Origin: Carcharhinus amblyrhynchos
Lineage: Eukaryota
DNA: 64,000 nucleotides
NCBI GenBank assembly: GCA_965287045.1
Contig: OZ336882.1
Coordinates: forward strand, 6,820,001-6,884,000
Direction of reading: 5' to 3'
The position numbers and the translations under genes are program-made. The notes under the pieces were generated by a model. It did not search any database, had not been told where the DNA came from, and saw only the letters and a list, made by a program, of their open reading frames with translations. Shown here in pieces: positions 24,154 through 37,384 of this stretch. Numbering within the stretch: the first letter of the stretch is position 1; each line of letters begins with the position of its first letter.

Positions 24154-24347
24154 TGCTCTTGCTAGAATCCCTAATAATAAACAGTCATCAAAAAGGAAAA
24201 GTCGACCTTACTTCTGATTGCTAACACTCAAACAAGAGAGACAAATTCCTTCTGCGTCTTCTGAACATGTCTGCTCAGCATGAAAGCAGGAACAGTCTGC
24301 CTCTCACCCTTCCAAGCTGCTCAACATTGCTGTAAGAGGCGGGGGTA

Positions 24348-24432
24348 GATCTCGACCAGCGTTTCAGCTCCTTATTGGTAGACAGCGACACAGAGTGTCC
24401 CAACCAATAACTGCAACAACTGCCCTTAAAGC
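24348..24432 (-). promoter_or_regulatory. Protocadherin promoter module with CSE/CGCT box for gene 3
   Basis: Invariant 21-mer at 24371-24391, GATC at 24348, CTTAAAGC at 24425; 218 bp from the ATG. Confidence 0.9.
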
Positions 24433-25999
24433 TACACTGCTTCAATGTATTTGGATTTAGAAGTGTGCAATTAAAATACTTAGGTCATTTAAAATTGTAT
24501 TTTTTAAAGCCGACTGGTGACGTGTAAGTGAAACCCGGTGGTTCCTTCGATAAATCTGTGATGTCAGCCATCGGCAATGATTCATTCCCAAACTTCGCGT
24601 GAGCTGCACTCTTGCTGTTACGCTGACCTGTGTAAGACATGAATAAATTGGACTGTGTTTAAAATCAATAATTTGCATTGCGAAATGGTGATGTTAAAGG
24701 ATATTTTTTGTTTACCCTGTATTCTCATGCAGTTTTTAGAATAGACATGTTATGCATGATACTCTTTTTTCTACATTTTTTTAATCGCACGAAAATACTT
24801 CTTTGCACAGCCGTTTGTATTTTACATTCTGGGTAGGCTTTGTAAACGTGCAACATGTTCATTGTACTTTCAAGTCATTCATAAAATGGTAAAATTATTC
24901 AAAAACAAGCATCATGTGAGAACCTTTGCCACTTTGCAGAATATTGTACCTTGAGAGAGACAATCGCGTGTTTGCTTGCTGAAGTAACTTTCCACATTGC
25001 TTACCTTTAGCGAGTCCGTTTGGATAGCTGGTACTCTTTATAAACGTCCGTTCTAGTTGGAACCAAATACGTGTCGACTTGTATTTACTTTAAATCCACA
25101 AGGATGAAAAAAGACCTAATAAACTATCCACCGAAGTGATGCGTTCCGTACATTTTTCAATTACTTTTCAACTCATGACGCTCTGTTAACAATTAAAATA
25201 TAAGCCTTTTTTTCCAATGAAATGTCGCCGGCATGAAATTTCCCTGCTGTTCTACCTCCACAGATGCTGAACATTTTCACCATCCTGTGTTTGTCGTTGA
25301 ATGTCCTTCATAACCTACCGCATCTGTATAAATAAAAGTGGTTCACAATCCTTTTGAATGGAAATTTGAAATTGAATATCTTGGATTCAATAACAACACG
25401 TATAAGTGTAAGATCTTACAATTCTAACATAATATGTTGAAAAACAGTGGGTTATTCAACCTAGCCAGTTTCACGATCCTCCAAATTCAAATGAAACATG
25501 GTTTTACCGCTGCAACCATCAAACTTATGTTAGAATAACGAGCAGTTCCATGTTGCCCTTCATCGTATTTGGGCTGATATTTTGCTCGGTAAGACAGAAT
25601 TTCCCATAATAAAAAAGGTGGCATTTGACTATGCTTACTAACATATTAATCAGGTTAATAAAACTACATTCAGAAGTAAGTTTCTTATAATCACATCAAC
25701 AATCCAGCTTTTGTCATGGCAAAGAACACTATTTTATTAATATTATGCCTCCATGGGGTACGGGTTATACTGACAAAGACAGTATTTATTGTACATCACT
25801 CCTTCTCACTTGAATAGTATGGGATGATTAATAAATTCCAGCCAGCCTGTTAAAAACAAATCTTGTTTGACGAATTGCATTGAACACTTTGTTGAAATAA
25901 TTATGAAAATTGCTAAGCTATTGTAACTAACATGGTTGACGCAAGCGTTCAAGCGCATTTGGTAAAATAGAATGCAATAGATACCTATTTAAAAAAAAA

Positions 26000-26590
26000 C
26001 AACGGTGTGAATACTGAGACCGTGGCTGTGGAGATACGAAATTTGCAAAGTCGTTGAACACAGAGAGCAGTGGCAAACTGTTGTCAAGATCGAGGGAAAC
26101 ATATAGTATTCTCTCCCGAAGATCAGCATGATGACTATTGAACCTTTTGAAGTTTGTTGATGACCTGAACGTAGGTATACAAGACATAATTTCAAAGTTT
26201 ACAGATGACAAGGAACTCATAAATTTAGCAACAACGTGGATCTTACTAATACTTACAGGAGAACATAAATTAGGCAAGCGTCGGGCAAATTACAGATTAA
26301 ATTAAGGCAGAGAAATGTGCAGAGGTATAGTTTGGTAGGCAGGATAAGATTTGGAAAATGAACTAATTGTTACACTGTGAAAAAAATGCAGAAACTTAGA
26401 GATTAGATAGTACATGTGCAAAATCGTTGAAGATGGAACGGCCAGTTGAGAAATATATCTATAAGGATCCATTGGCTTTATTATTAGTACGGAGAGTAAA
26501 AGTAAGGACGTTGTGCTAATTTTCTATAAAACACTGGTTAGGTCTGAACTTGGTTTTGTGTTCAATTCTGGGCACCACAATTTAGTTACA
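26000..26590 (+). mobile_element. Decayed CR1 RT fragment
   Basis: TCAAAGTTTACAGATGACA (SKFADD) and CTATAAAACACTGGTTAGGTCTGAACTTGG...TTCAATTCTGGGCACCACA (LYKTLVRP.LEYCVQFWAP). Confidence 0.7.
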
Positions 26591-26869
26591 TTTTCCAGGG
26601 GGGTGACATATTGCCAAGGCGGATGAAGAGAAGCAACAGGAGTTGAGTGAAGGTTTTTCTATCTTGCATGGAATTCAATAATCAAGGGACGCACAACATC
26701 CTTTATTTGCAGAATCGGGACTTCTGCATGGAGTTCCTTATCTCGTGGCAGGATGCAGTGCATTTCGAACAGTTTTGAAACGATAAGGGAGAGGACGTAA
26801 GCAGGGAACAATTTGACAGATGGTGCATTATGTGGAAAAATATTTGGTTATCCACATTGGTCATCCACA

Positions 26870-27997
26870 TCCAGGATGTTGCATGGTATGGAAGGCATTA
26901 GCGACGAGGAAAGGTTGGAGACACTTTGTTTGTTCTCACTGAAAAGACGGAGGTTGGGGAGCGACCGGAATCTTGACTGCGGAATGCTGACGTAGCGATG
27001 CACACGTGTGCCCTGATACATGAATCATGAAAAGAAAAGTTAGCGTGCAGGTACAGCAAATAATTAGGAAGTCAATCGGAACGTTGTTTCCGATTGCAAG
27101 ACGGATGGGGAAGAAAAGCAGGGAAGTTTTTCTGCATTTGCGCAGGGCATAACTTAGACTATATCTAGAGTACTGGATAATTTTTTTGGTCTTCTTATTT
27201 AAGGGAGGGAAATATTTGCATTGGTCCATGTTCAGAGAATATGCAACAGTTTGATTATTTCTGGTACCGAAGAGTTGTTTTATGAATTGTTTTTTGAACA
27301 ATTAATAATGATGTTACTGAAACATGCAATGTTTCGAGGGAACTTTACGTGGATTCCGAGGGAACTTCACATAGATTCCGAGAGGTCTTCTACTAGTGGT
27401 GAAATCTCCAACTGGAGGACGGAGTTTGAAAATAAACAGTCTTTCATATAAGACGGAAACCAGGAATAATTTGTTTCCCCAGAGTGTCCTTAATTTTTGA
27501 AGTGCTCTACCCCAAGGAACCGAGATACTTGCGTCACTGAATGTACTCAAAGTTGATTTAGTTGATTTTGATCGGCAATGGAATGACTTGTAAAATGGGC
27601 TGGAGAATGAAAGCACGAAGTAGAATTATCAAGGAGTCTACAAGATTATGAAAGGCATGGACAGAGTGGATAGTCAGAAGTTTTTTTTTCCCAGGGCGGA
27701 AGAGTCAATTACTAGGGGACGCAAGTTTAAGGTGCGAGGGGTAAGGTTTAAAGGAGTATGAGGCATTTTTATTTTTACGCAGAAGGTGCCTGGAACTCGC
27801 TGTTGGGGGAGATAATGAAAGCAGATGCGGTAATGGCTTTCAAGGGACGTCTTGGCAAATACATGAATAGGTTGGGAATAAAGGGATATGATCCCCTGAA
27901 GGGTAGGGGATTTTAGCTAGGTCGGGCAGAATGGTCGCTGTAGGCTTGGAGGGTCGAAGGGCCTGTTGCTGTTTTGTAGTTTTCGTTGTTCTTTGTT
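26870..27997 (+). mobile_element. CR1 3' fragment interrupted by a ~650-bp insert
   Basis: CCAGGATGTTGCATGGTATGG...GAGGTTGGGGAGCGACC breaks at ~26970. It resumes at ~27630 (GTCTACAAGATTATGAAAGGCATGGACAGAGTGG) and ends in a TTGTTCTTTGT tail. Confidence 0.75.
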
Positions 27998-28701
27998 TGG
28001 AAAAAAAAATCAGAATTTAGTTTAAATTAATCCTGACTGCGGAATGCCAAGTACCGAGGCATCTGCATGTCTTGATACATGAATCAGGGAAAAAAATGTC
28101 AGCGTGCAGGTGCAGCAAATAATTAGGAAGGCAAATGGAGTGTTGCTTCTTATTGCAAGAATGATGGAGAAGAAAAGCAGCGAAGCTTTTCTACACTTGC
28201 GCAGGGCATAGCTTAGACTACCTCTAGAGCATTGGTTAATTTTTGGTCTTATTTAAGGGAGGGAAGTATTTGCATTGGACCATGTTCAGAGAACACGCAA
28301 TAAATTGATTATTCCTGGTACAAAGAGCTTTATGAGGAAAACTCAGATTTTCTGGGTCGATAGACCTTTGTTTTTGAACAATTAGTAGGGATCTTACTGA
28401 AACATGCAAGGTTCCGAGGGAACTTTACATGGATTTTGAGGGGAGTTCGCATAGATTCCGAGAGGACATCCATTAGTGGGGAAATCTAGAACTAGAGGGC
28501 GGAGTTCGAAAATAAACAATCTCTCACATACGACGGAAACCAGGAATAATTTATTTTCCCAGAATGTCTTTAATTTTTGAAGTTCTCTACCCCAAGGAAC
28601 GGAGGGTCTTACGTCACTGAATACATGGAAAGCGGATTTAGACAGATTTTTGATCGGCAATGGAGTGAAATGTAAAATAGGGTGGAGCATGAAAGCAAGA
28701 A
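26970..28701 (+). repeat. Diverged direct duplication of an old CR1 piece: 26970-27619 and 28030-28701
   Basis: The two segments are colinear and both start at ATC(T/C)TGACTGCGGAATGC. They share idiosyncratic strings such as TTGCGCAGGGCATA, TTGGxCCATGTTCAGAGAA, CATAGATTCCGAGAGG and GACGGAAACCAGGAATAATTT. Confidence 0.85.
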
Positions 28702-29399
28702 ATAACAGCCATACTCATTATGGGGCGGAGGAGGCTTAATGAGACAATTAACGTAAGTCATGTCATACATTTGTCCTAAATCTTAAGTTCAACTCAGAAT
28801 GAACCACTTGCTGCGATCCATGCTGGGATCAAAATTACAGGTAGTGGAAGAGTTCCTGTTTGGAGAGTATGAGGAACACGGAGCAGAATTCAAAAACAGA
28901 ACTTCAAGACCTTTGATCCTTTGATTGGTCCGTTCTTCTTGCAGGCCAGCGCTTGTCAGAACAGTGGCCAATTTATTGAGTGTTTGTAATGTTATAACTA
29001 TGTTAGGGTTTGGGTGTTTCACAGGAAGAAAAAAAATGGTTTTCACATAGATTTATGTTACGCACACAGGTTTATTGAAAGAGATGTTCTCTGATCTGCA
29101 CGGAATATAAAACTGCAAGTAAAACAGCAGCCTGCGGAAACGCCACAATGCCAGGGCCATCAAGTCGTGTGATCAGCTCTTAAAACAATACGCAGCCCTT
29201 TTGAATAAAAAAACTCTCACCCTGCACTTTTTCTGTCATGACCAGTAATTACTCCGATGTCATGCAAAGGATCAATGCTACTCTAAACACAGAGCTTTAC
29301 ACCATCATTAATTATACACCGTCAATAAGAAAGCCGATCAAAAGGATATATATTCCTTGTTGGTTGTATATGTCGTTCTGAAATGTAGCTGGCCTTGAC

Positions 29400-30950
29400 C
29401 AGAAGTATGATTTAGAACATCAGAAGATAATACTTCTCTTTGAACTTATTCTGCATCATTCTTAGTCTGGATAGTAGCAGATACAAAATCATCAGCCTCA
29501 TCAGAATCAACTAAGTCTTCGGTAGTGGTGTTCACGACACCACGGACTAAAAAATCTGGTACTCACGTAGGTGACTGTGGGAAATCATTTCAATATGACA
29601 ACAATTAGTCAGAATGCAGTCGCCAAAAATGTTTATATTTTGTTTGAACCATGTAAGGATTGGAACTGTTTTTGCAAAAATAATGGCTGGAACCCATTTA
29701 TCGCTCATGGCGTAATTTGGCATCACATTCAATCTCCTTGTTGAATAATTATCGCTTTGCCCTTAGTTCTCGTCTAGTAACTTGAGATTGTTGTTAAGTC
29801 TACTATTCTGAAGTTTCTTGAGGTATAAAAAAACAATCGTTTTTCTCAAATTTCTTTTTAAGAGGAATAACGTAGGTGAACTTTGGGTGGGCGGATTAGC
29901 CGTGTTTCTATTAGACGCCAAGAAGCTATTCATAGGAAATGATAAGGAACCTTGTTCGTTTGATGTTTGTAAAAACTGTCTCAAGGATTGTAAAAAATCT
30001 TTCTGTGAAGCCATGGTTTGATGGATGGTAAGGTGTGGATTTCAAAAGCTGAGTACTATCTATTTAAAATGATCCACAAACTCTTGAAAGTAAACTGTGA
30101 GCCATTATCGCCAAAACTCTGCTGATGGTTACCAAATCTTACACAGATTTCGTTAAGTAAGTCAATGATTTGTTAAGCTGTAGTAGATCTCATTGTCATA
30201 ATTTCTGGCCACTTTGAGTGTGCACCGACTATGACTTAGACTATGCAGCCCACAAACGCACCAGCAAAATCTACGTGTGATAGTTGCCATGGCATTTTAT
30301 ACCAATCCAAATGATGAAATCGGATGGGTTTTTATATTCGTGCATAGGATTGATATTTTCCCAACTATTCTCCAATCTAAATATCTAAACACTGCCACCA
30401 AAATTAGCTACGTGTTAACTTCCCCACACAGGCCATATCAGGATGCCCTTCATCTAATTGTTCAAGAATACTTCCACACACGCTAGGAAGAATGATCATT
30501 CAGATTCCCCACAATGGACACCCATCTTGAGCGGGCAATTCAAGTTTTCTTGACATTTATGGATTCAAATCAGAATACGGAAGATGCATTCCAATTATCG
30601 TTCATTTCAATGCCATATCCACCACCTTCCACATCGTGGGATCATTCCTGGTATCACAGGCAAATGATCTACTAGCGAAAAATAAAGAATATAACAAAGC
30701 TCCCTTTATCCGCACCCAATCAATCAGCGTAAACATTAGTTTACTCCAGCGTGGTCTACTGTGCTTTATGTAGCACTCGACATCCATAACACTGCATCGC
30801 ATAAAGCAAGGAGGACGAAAGGAATTTAGGAAAACCAAAATTTGAATGTTCTCCTTCATGTCGGCATTACCTGGTCTTGAAATTAACTCGGCTTCCTTCA
30901 ATGTTATTGAATATTGAAAGTAGACATGCGGCAGTTCTGTGATTTTATCC
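29400..30950 (-). mobile_element. Gypsy/Ty3 LTR retrotransposon pol remnant (RNase H end and integrase)
   Basis: Minus-strand peptides TRNDPTMWKV, QDGCPLWG...ILEQLDEGHP...FWW, PWQLSHVDFAGAF...VGAHSKWPEI, DNGSQFT and FLASNRNTANPPTQSSP form a degenerate zinc-binding plus rve integrase with many stops and frameshifts. Confidence 0.85.
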
Positions 30951-32790
30951 AAATCACCTGGACCGCATGGGGTTTAAGAAAGCACTGCACCCCACCCACC
31001 CCCACCCCCATCACCATCGCAGGGGTATTTGGAATATGCAACGTTTAATCAAGCAATCCTGCCATCGTTATCTGAAGCTCATTATCAAATAAAAAGAAAT
31101 TTCACTCCAATCCTATCACTGCAACTGAAAATGTGTAATGAAGGAAAAGGAGTCTTAGAATTCAGGAAATACAATTCGTAAAACTCACCATGTAACTGAA
31201 AATGGCAAATCGTAAATAGCAACAGTGTCATTACTATTCTTTAAAAAGGAGACATACTGCTGTTAGCCGGTATTAAATTTCAATCACATTAGACCTCGCC
31301 CGGCTGGCTGCCCGACAGAGACCAGGATCCCCAGTGAAGAGGAGCTTTCCCCTGTTCCACTAAGATCGGGCATGTGGAGTGTTACATGAAACAGACCCAT
31401 CAAATATAATTAAATTCGTGGAATCTGAATCTCATAACCTACACAGAACTTGAAACGTTACAGTCCCTAATCCACCATTTGAAACGGTTGTTAATTCTTT
31501 TGCAGCCAGGCATTAGAACACGATCTTGATTTTGGGCCACTCGGTGGGAAGAAAGGGCGAGCTATTCACGGGATATCATTGAGGGTCTGCTACAGAAGCT
31601 GGCCAAGGTAGCCATCCACGAGTCCATGCTAATGCATCGTCAAGCACATCATTTGGGCCCATTACCTCCCTGCCTGAAAGGTAAACGTTGCAAAAGAGAA
31701 AGGGCACAGTGAGGAGGACAAGCTAGGTAAAAGAAAGGTGTGGTCATGCGCTGCTGCAGTAGTAGAGGAAACAATGGAAAGAACTGATTGGTAAGTAGAA
31801 ATTGCCGAGGACGTATTTAATAATAATATCACTTGTAGTCTCAGAAGTAATTTCTGTGATTTATAGTTTGTAAAGGTTCTATTCGCTCTGACCGAATATT
31901 AAAAGGGCGAGGTTATTATATTCGAGGAGTAGCGAAGAATGGCTTTAGAGAATTAGATATAATTTGAAAAAAGTCTTTCAAAATTTTAATTTAAAGGGGT
32001 AACACATGACAAGAGAGCTCCAAGCCATGGTTTGTGTTCCATGTGGGAGGCGAGGAACGTTTCTATTGTCCTGTGCTATCATGTGTTCAGGAAGTGTCCG
32101 CACTTGCAGCTCCTGGAAGTCTGCATTTCAAAGCTGGAGAGGTGGAAGGATACACTGTGGAAAATTTGTGAGGCGGAGAGTGTCATGATAACATATACAA
32201 ATAAGTGGTCACACAGAAGGCTCGGACTCCACAGGCAGAAAGGGAATGGGTGATATCAGGCAGAGTCAGAGATCGAGGCTGGTGGTGTAGGAATCTGCTG
32301 TGGCTATTCCCCTGCAAATCTGATGTACCGTTTTGGATACTGTTGAGAGGGATGGCCTTACAGAGTCAAAGAACAACAGCCAAATCCGTTGCATCATTGC
32401 TGGTTCTGCTACAGAGGGGATGAGTAAAATATATGGGAATGCAATTGTTATAGGGGTTTCAATTGTAAAGAAAATAGATAGATGTTTCTGCGGCTGCAAG
32501 TAAGATTCCAGGATGGTACGTTGCGTCATTGGTGTCAGGGTCAAGGATGTCTCAAAGTGGCTGCAGGGCATTCTGAAGACGCAGCATGAACAGACAGTGG
32601 TTGCAATATGCGTTTGTACAAACGGCATTCGTAGAAAAAGGGATAAGATCCTACAAGCATAGTGCAGGGAGTTAAGAAACAAGCTGAAAAGTAGGACTCA
32701 AAGGTAGTGAACATAACAGTACGAACTGTGCCACGTGCTAGTCAGGATAGAAGCAGCAGGTTGCATAGGACAAATAGGAGGTTTAAATAC

Positions 32791-32841
32791 GTGCGTGTGT
32801 GTGTGTGTGTGGGTGGGTGGGTGGGTGGGGGCGGGGGGTGG
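32791..32841. repeat. (GT)n/(GGGT)n G-rich simple repeat
   Basis: GTGTGTGT...GGGTGGGTGGGTGGGTGGGGGCGGGGGGTGG. At least four G3+ tracts, so G-quadruplex-capable by motif. Confidence 0.9.
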
Positions 32842-32907
32842 TGAGGGATGTTTCACATTCCTAGGGCATTAGGACCGGTTCTGCGGGAGGTGTGATCTGT
32901 GCAAACT

Positions 32908-33012
32908 GGAAGTTCATAAGGGGGAATAAAGAAATGGCTGAGGAATTAAATTTGTACTTTGACTCAGGCTTCACAAAGGATGATATGAATAATGTACCAG
33001 AAGTGCTGAGGG
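32908..33012 (+). repeat. 105-bp exact copy of 34369-34473
   Basis: GGAAGTTCATAAGGGGGAATAAAG...CCAGAAGTGCTGAGGG reads identically at both sites. Confidence 0.93.
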
Positions 33013-36000
33013 CAGGATAGGGACTGATGACCTGGGGGGAGTAATTTGTGGGGGTTGGCGGGGGGGGGGGAGAGGGAAATACTTGCAAGAGTAGTTGAGG
33101 AGAGTTTAAAGTAATATGGTAAGTGGTGGGAATCTTTTCAAGGATTAGGAGAAAAAAGAACAAAGAACAAGAGAAAAATAGAGAAATAAGGAAAATCATA
33201 GGCAGATGAATCAAGGGCCACAGTTAGAAATAGTAGGAAAGGGAAAAGATATGTTAAAAGTGCCCTCCTTAAGGAATCGCACCTGAATGCTCAGAGCTTT
33301 CGAAATAAAAATGGATGATTTAGTTGCACCATAAAGGGGTGTGGCATAGTGGAATTACGGAGACGTGGTTCCAATGTGATCAAGAATGGGGACTAAGCTT
33401 TGAGGGCTGTTCAGTGTTTAGGAAGTTCAGACAGAAAGGAAAATATGGTGGAGCTGCATGATGGATTAAAGATGATATACGATATTGAGGAAAGATATTG
33501 GCGTAGATGATGAGGAATCTGTGTGGGTGGAGTTAATAAACAAGGGCAAAATACATTGGTAGGCATGGTTTATATACCAACAAACTGTTGTGGTAATGCT
33601 AGGAAAAAAACATTAGACAGGAAATCAGGGATGCATGTGTTAAAGGAACTTCTTTGATTATGGTTGACTTTAATCTGCATATAGATTGTGAGATTCAAAT
33701 TAGTCACAGTACAATAGATGAGGAATATCTGGACCGCATAAGAAATGGTTTTCTGGAGCCAACTGAGGAACCAACAAAGGAGCAGGCCAACCTGGACTAG
33801 GTATTGTGCAATGAGAAAGAATTGGTTGGCAATTTAGTTGTGAGAAAACCCGAGGGGATGACTGACCATAATATAGTAGAACTCTTTGTCAAGGTAGATA
33901 GTGATGAAGTTCATTCTAATACCAGGGTCCTGAATCTCAATAAAGTTAACTATAATGGTATGAGGCATGAATTGTCCATGAAGGACTGGGAAACATTATT
34001 GAAAGAAATGTCAGTGGACAGGCAGTGGCGGGTATTTAAGGAATGAATAGCTGAACTCCAGAAGCTGTTTATTCTTGTTTGGCGCAAGAGTGATGAGGGA
34101 ATTGTGGCCACCCCATGGCTTACAAGGGAAATTAGAGACAGTATCAGATTCAAGGAAGAAATATACAATGCGGCAAGAGAAAACAACAGGATTGGGAACA
34201 GATGAAAATTCAACAATGGAGGACCAAGGAATTGATTAACAAAAGAGAAATTGAGTCTGAAAGTAAGCTAGCTGGGTACATAAAAACTGACTGTAAAAAA
34301 TTATTTCGATGTGTAAAGAGAAAAAAGATGGGCTGAAAATGAAAGAAGGCCCCTTACATTCAGAAACAGGAAGTTCATAAGGGGGAATAAAGAAATGGCT
34401 GAGGAATTAAATTTGTACTTTGACTCAGGCTTCACAAAGGATGATATGAATAATGTACCAGAAGTGCTGAGGGAAACATGTCTTAGTTAGGAACTGAAGG
34501 AAATCAGCATTAGTAGAGAAATGTTTGTGGCAAAATTGAAGAGGTTGAAGGTGCATAAATCTCCTGGTCCTGATAAACCTTATCCCAGAGCACTTGAGAA
34601 AATGGCCCTGGAAGTAATAGATCCATTGGTGGTTATTTTCCAAAATTCATTGGATTTTGGAACAGTTCCTACAGATTGGAGATTAGCTCATATATGTCCA
34701 CTATCAAAAAGGGAGGTAGAGAGAAAACAGGGAGTTATAGACAAGTGAGCCTAACGTCAGAACTGGGGAAGCTTCTAAAGTCTATTTTCAAGGATTTCAT
34801 AACCCAAAATTTGGAAGACATCGGAATATTCAGACAAAGTCAGAATGGATTTACAAAAGGGAAATCATGCTTGACGAATCTATTGGAGTTTGAGGATAAA
34901 ATAGTAGAGTTGACCGAAGAGAGCCTCTGGATGTGGTTTATTTAGGCTTTCAGATGGCTTTTGACAAGGTCTCACATAACAGACAATACAAAGTTAAAAC
35001 ACACAGGATTGATGGTAATGTTTGGGCTTGAATAGAAAGTTGGTTAGCAGATGGGAAGCAAAGATTTGGCATAAATGGGCCTTTTTCTGATTGGCAGTCA
35101 GTGACTGGTGAGGTTCTGCAGGCATCTGTGCTACGATCTCAATGGATCACATTATATATATTAATAATTTGAAAGAGGGAACTGAATGTATTATCTCCAA
35201 ATTTGCAGGTGATACAAAGTTGGGTGGGAGGGTGAGCTGTGAGAATGATGCAGAGATGTATCAGCGTGTTTTGAACAGACTGGGTTTATGGGCATCTGCA
35301 TTGCAGATGCAATACAATGTGGATAAATGTGAGGTTATCCACTTTGGCAACAATAAAATGGAGACAAATTATTACTTGAATGGTGTAAACTGAGAAAGGT
35401 AGGTACTCAACGAGACCTTGGATCCCTCATTCATCAGTTGCTGAAAGTAAGCTTGCACGTACAGCAGGCAGTAAAGAAGGTGAATTGTATGTTGGCCTTC
35501 ATGGCGAGAGGTTTTAGTTGTAGGAATAGGGATGTTTTGCTGCAATTTTGTAGGGCGTTGGTGAGGCCACGTCTGGAGTTTTGTGCAGTGGTGGTATTAT
35601 TTTCTGAGGAAGGATGTCCTTGCTATAGAGAGAGTTCAGCAAAGACTTACCAGGCTAATTCCTGGGATGCCACATCTATCATTTGAGGAGACATTAAGTC
35701 GGTTATGGTTCGATTTACTGGAGTTTAGAAGAGTGAGAGGGGCTCTCATAGAAAATTGTAAAATTCTAACAGGGTTAGACAGGGTAGATACAGAAAGAAT
35801 GTTCCCAATGCTGGTGGAATCCAGAACTAGGGTTCATAGTTTGAGGATAAGGAGTGACCCTTTTAGAATTGCAGTGAGGAGAAACTTCTTCATCTGGAGA
35901 GTGGTGAATCCGTGGAATGCACTACCACAGAATATAGTTGAGACTAAAACATTACCTGATTTCAAGAAGAACGTCGATAGAGTATTGAGGCTAAAGGGAT

Positions 36001-36959
36001 CAACGGATCTGGAGGAAAGAGAGGGCCAAGACATTGAATTTGATGATTACTCATGACCAAATTAATGGTGGAGCAGGTTCGAAAGGCCGAATGGCCTGCT
36101 CCTACTTCTAATTTCTATGTTTCTATGTAACTCTAAAACCGCGTACTAATACGAAAACTATTGGTCAACAATAGCAGTAAAATTTAAACCACTGCAAGCT
36201 TCAATCTCACAGCTTCGTAGATTTCTCATTTGTCTATTATAATCAAGCAGGTATACTAAACGTGGATTAAGACGGTATCTCAATAAGCACACCGGTAGCA
36301 ATAGCAGAATCCTAATGAGCTACCAGTTTGATTAAGCTAAATTAACAGCGAGGCAGTTTAACTCTGGAGCTAAGCAGTCCAATGCCAAAAGACCAGATTA
36401 ATCTTGTCACATGTGACCGTCAATGGTGATGGACAATAAACCGATCAACATGAGCAGTGTATGTGACTCACATCCAACTTGTAACTGGCAAAGCGGAAAT
36501 GGTGTACACAAATAACTTCGTGTGATGAGCAAGGGTCCAGATGTAGGAAGAAGGGCATGTGCCAAGTTTGAAATGTGGCGTAATAGTGCAATTGAAAAAC
36601 AGGATGCATTGAACATGCTAAGTGGTCAAAATGTTGCTAAATGTATCGATAAATTTGTAACTGGTGCGCCATATGGGTTGGTTGCTTGGAGGCTTGGAAT
36701 TTGGTGGAAAAGATTTAATGTCTTGTCATCATGTAAGGGCTAAAAAACTATGCCAGGTGTTCAAAATTTGATGAGACTGCTAATAAGAAAATGGATTTTG
36801 GAGACTTCTAAATAGGCAACCATTTGTAACTGGTATTGCGCATTTGCGGTATCTGCCAACAGATGACTGTACAGCCTGTGAGCCTCGAAGAAGACACGGC
36901 CTATCTGGGGGGGAGGGGGAGTAGGAAATGGCTTTAAAGAAGTGATGGGTGCAAGACAT

Positions 36960-37320
36960 TCTAAACGGTGAGGCCCAGTTTTAGAGTTGCACTCACCCAG
37001 GCTAGTGGAGTCTATTTCATCATACTCCTGATTTGTGCCTTCTAGATGATGGACACGATTTGGACAGTCAGGAGGTTAGTTACTCCCTGCAGAATTTCCA
37101 ACCAACGAGTTACTATTATAGCGGCAGCCATATCGGGTTCAATTCAGTTTCTTGTCAATAGCAAACCCCTGGATGTTGATAGTCGGAGATTCAGCGACGT
37201 CCATGCCATTTTAATGTCCAGGGGAGCGGATTGGATTCTCTGTTGTTGGCGCGTCATTGTCTGGCACTTCTGTAGCGCAAATGCAACTTGTCGCTGGTCA
37301 GCCCACATTATAGAGATCAC
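36960..37320 (-). mobile_element. CR1/L2-superfamily LINE fragment
   Basis: Peptide WADQRQVAFALQKCQTMT. Similar to 6560-6960 and 58740-59370. Confidence 0.65.
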
Positions 37321-37384
37321 TGCCCCATTCGTTAAATTACCGCATAGAAACCTTTTCTTCCACACGAGAATAATAACAAGAATT

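Larger units (their letters stand above)
31740..36129 (+). mobile_element. Near full-length decayed CR1 LINE (ORF1 Zn-finger/esterase plus ORF2 APE-RT)
   Basis: ORF1 CSMWE...KCPHLQLLE and SGNH-esterase-like segment; ORF2 HKSPGPD, GFTKGKSCLTNLLEF, ISKFAGDTKLGG, ALVRPRLE; (TTTCTATG)n tail at ~36110-36128. Confidence 0.92.

Noticed and set aside
29050-30950. AT-rich region initially suggestive of an endogenous DNA virus or Polinton, and a possible LTR at ~29055-29290
   Set aside because: Minus-strand translation shows Gypsy integrase motifs. No second LTR copy is visible to support LTR boundaries.
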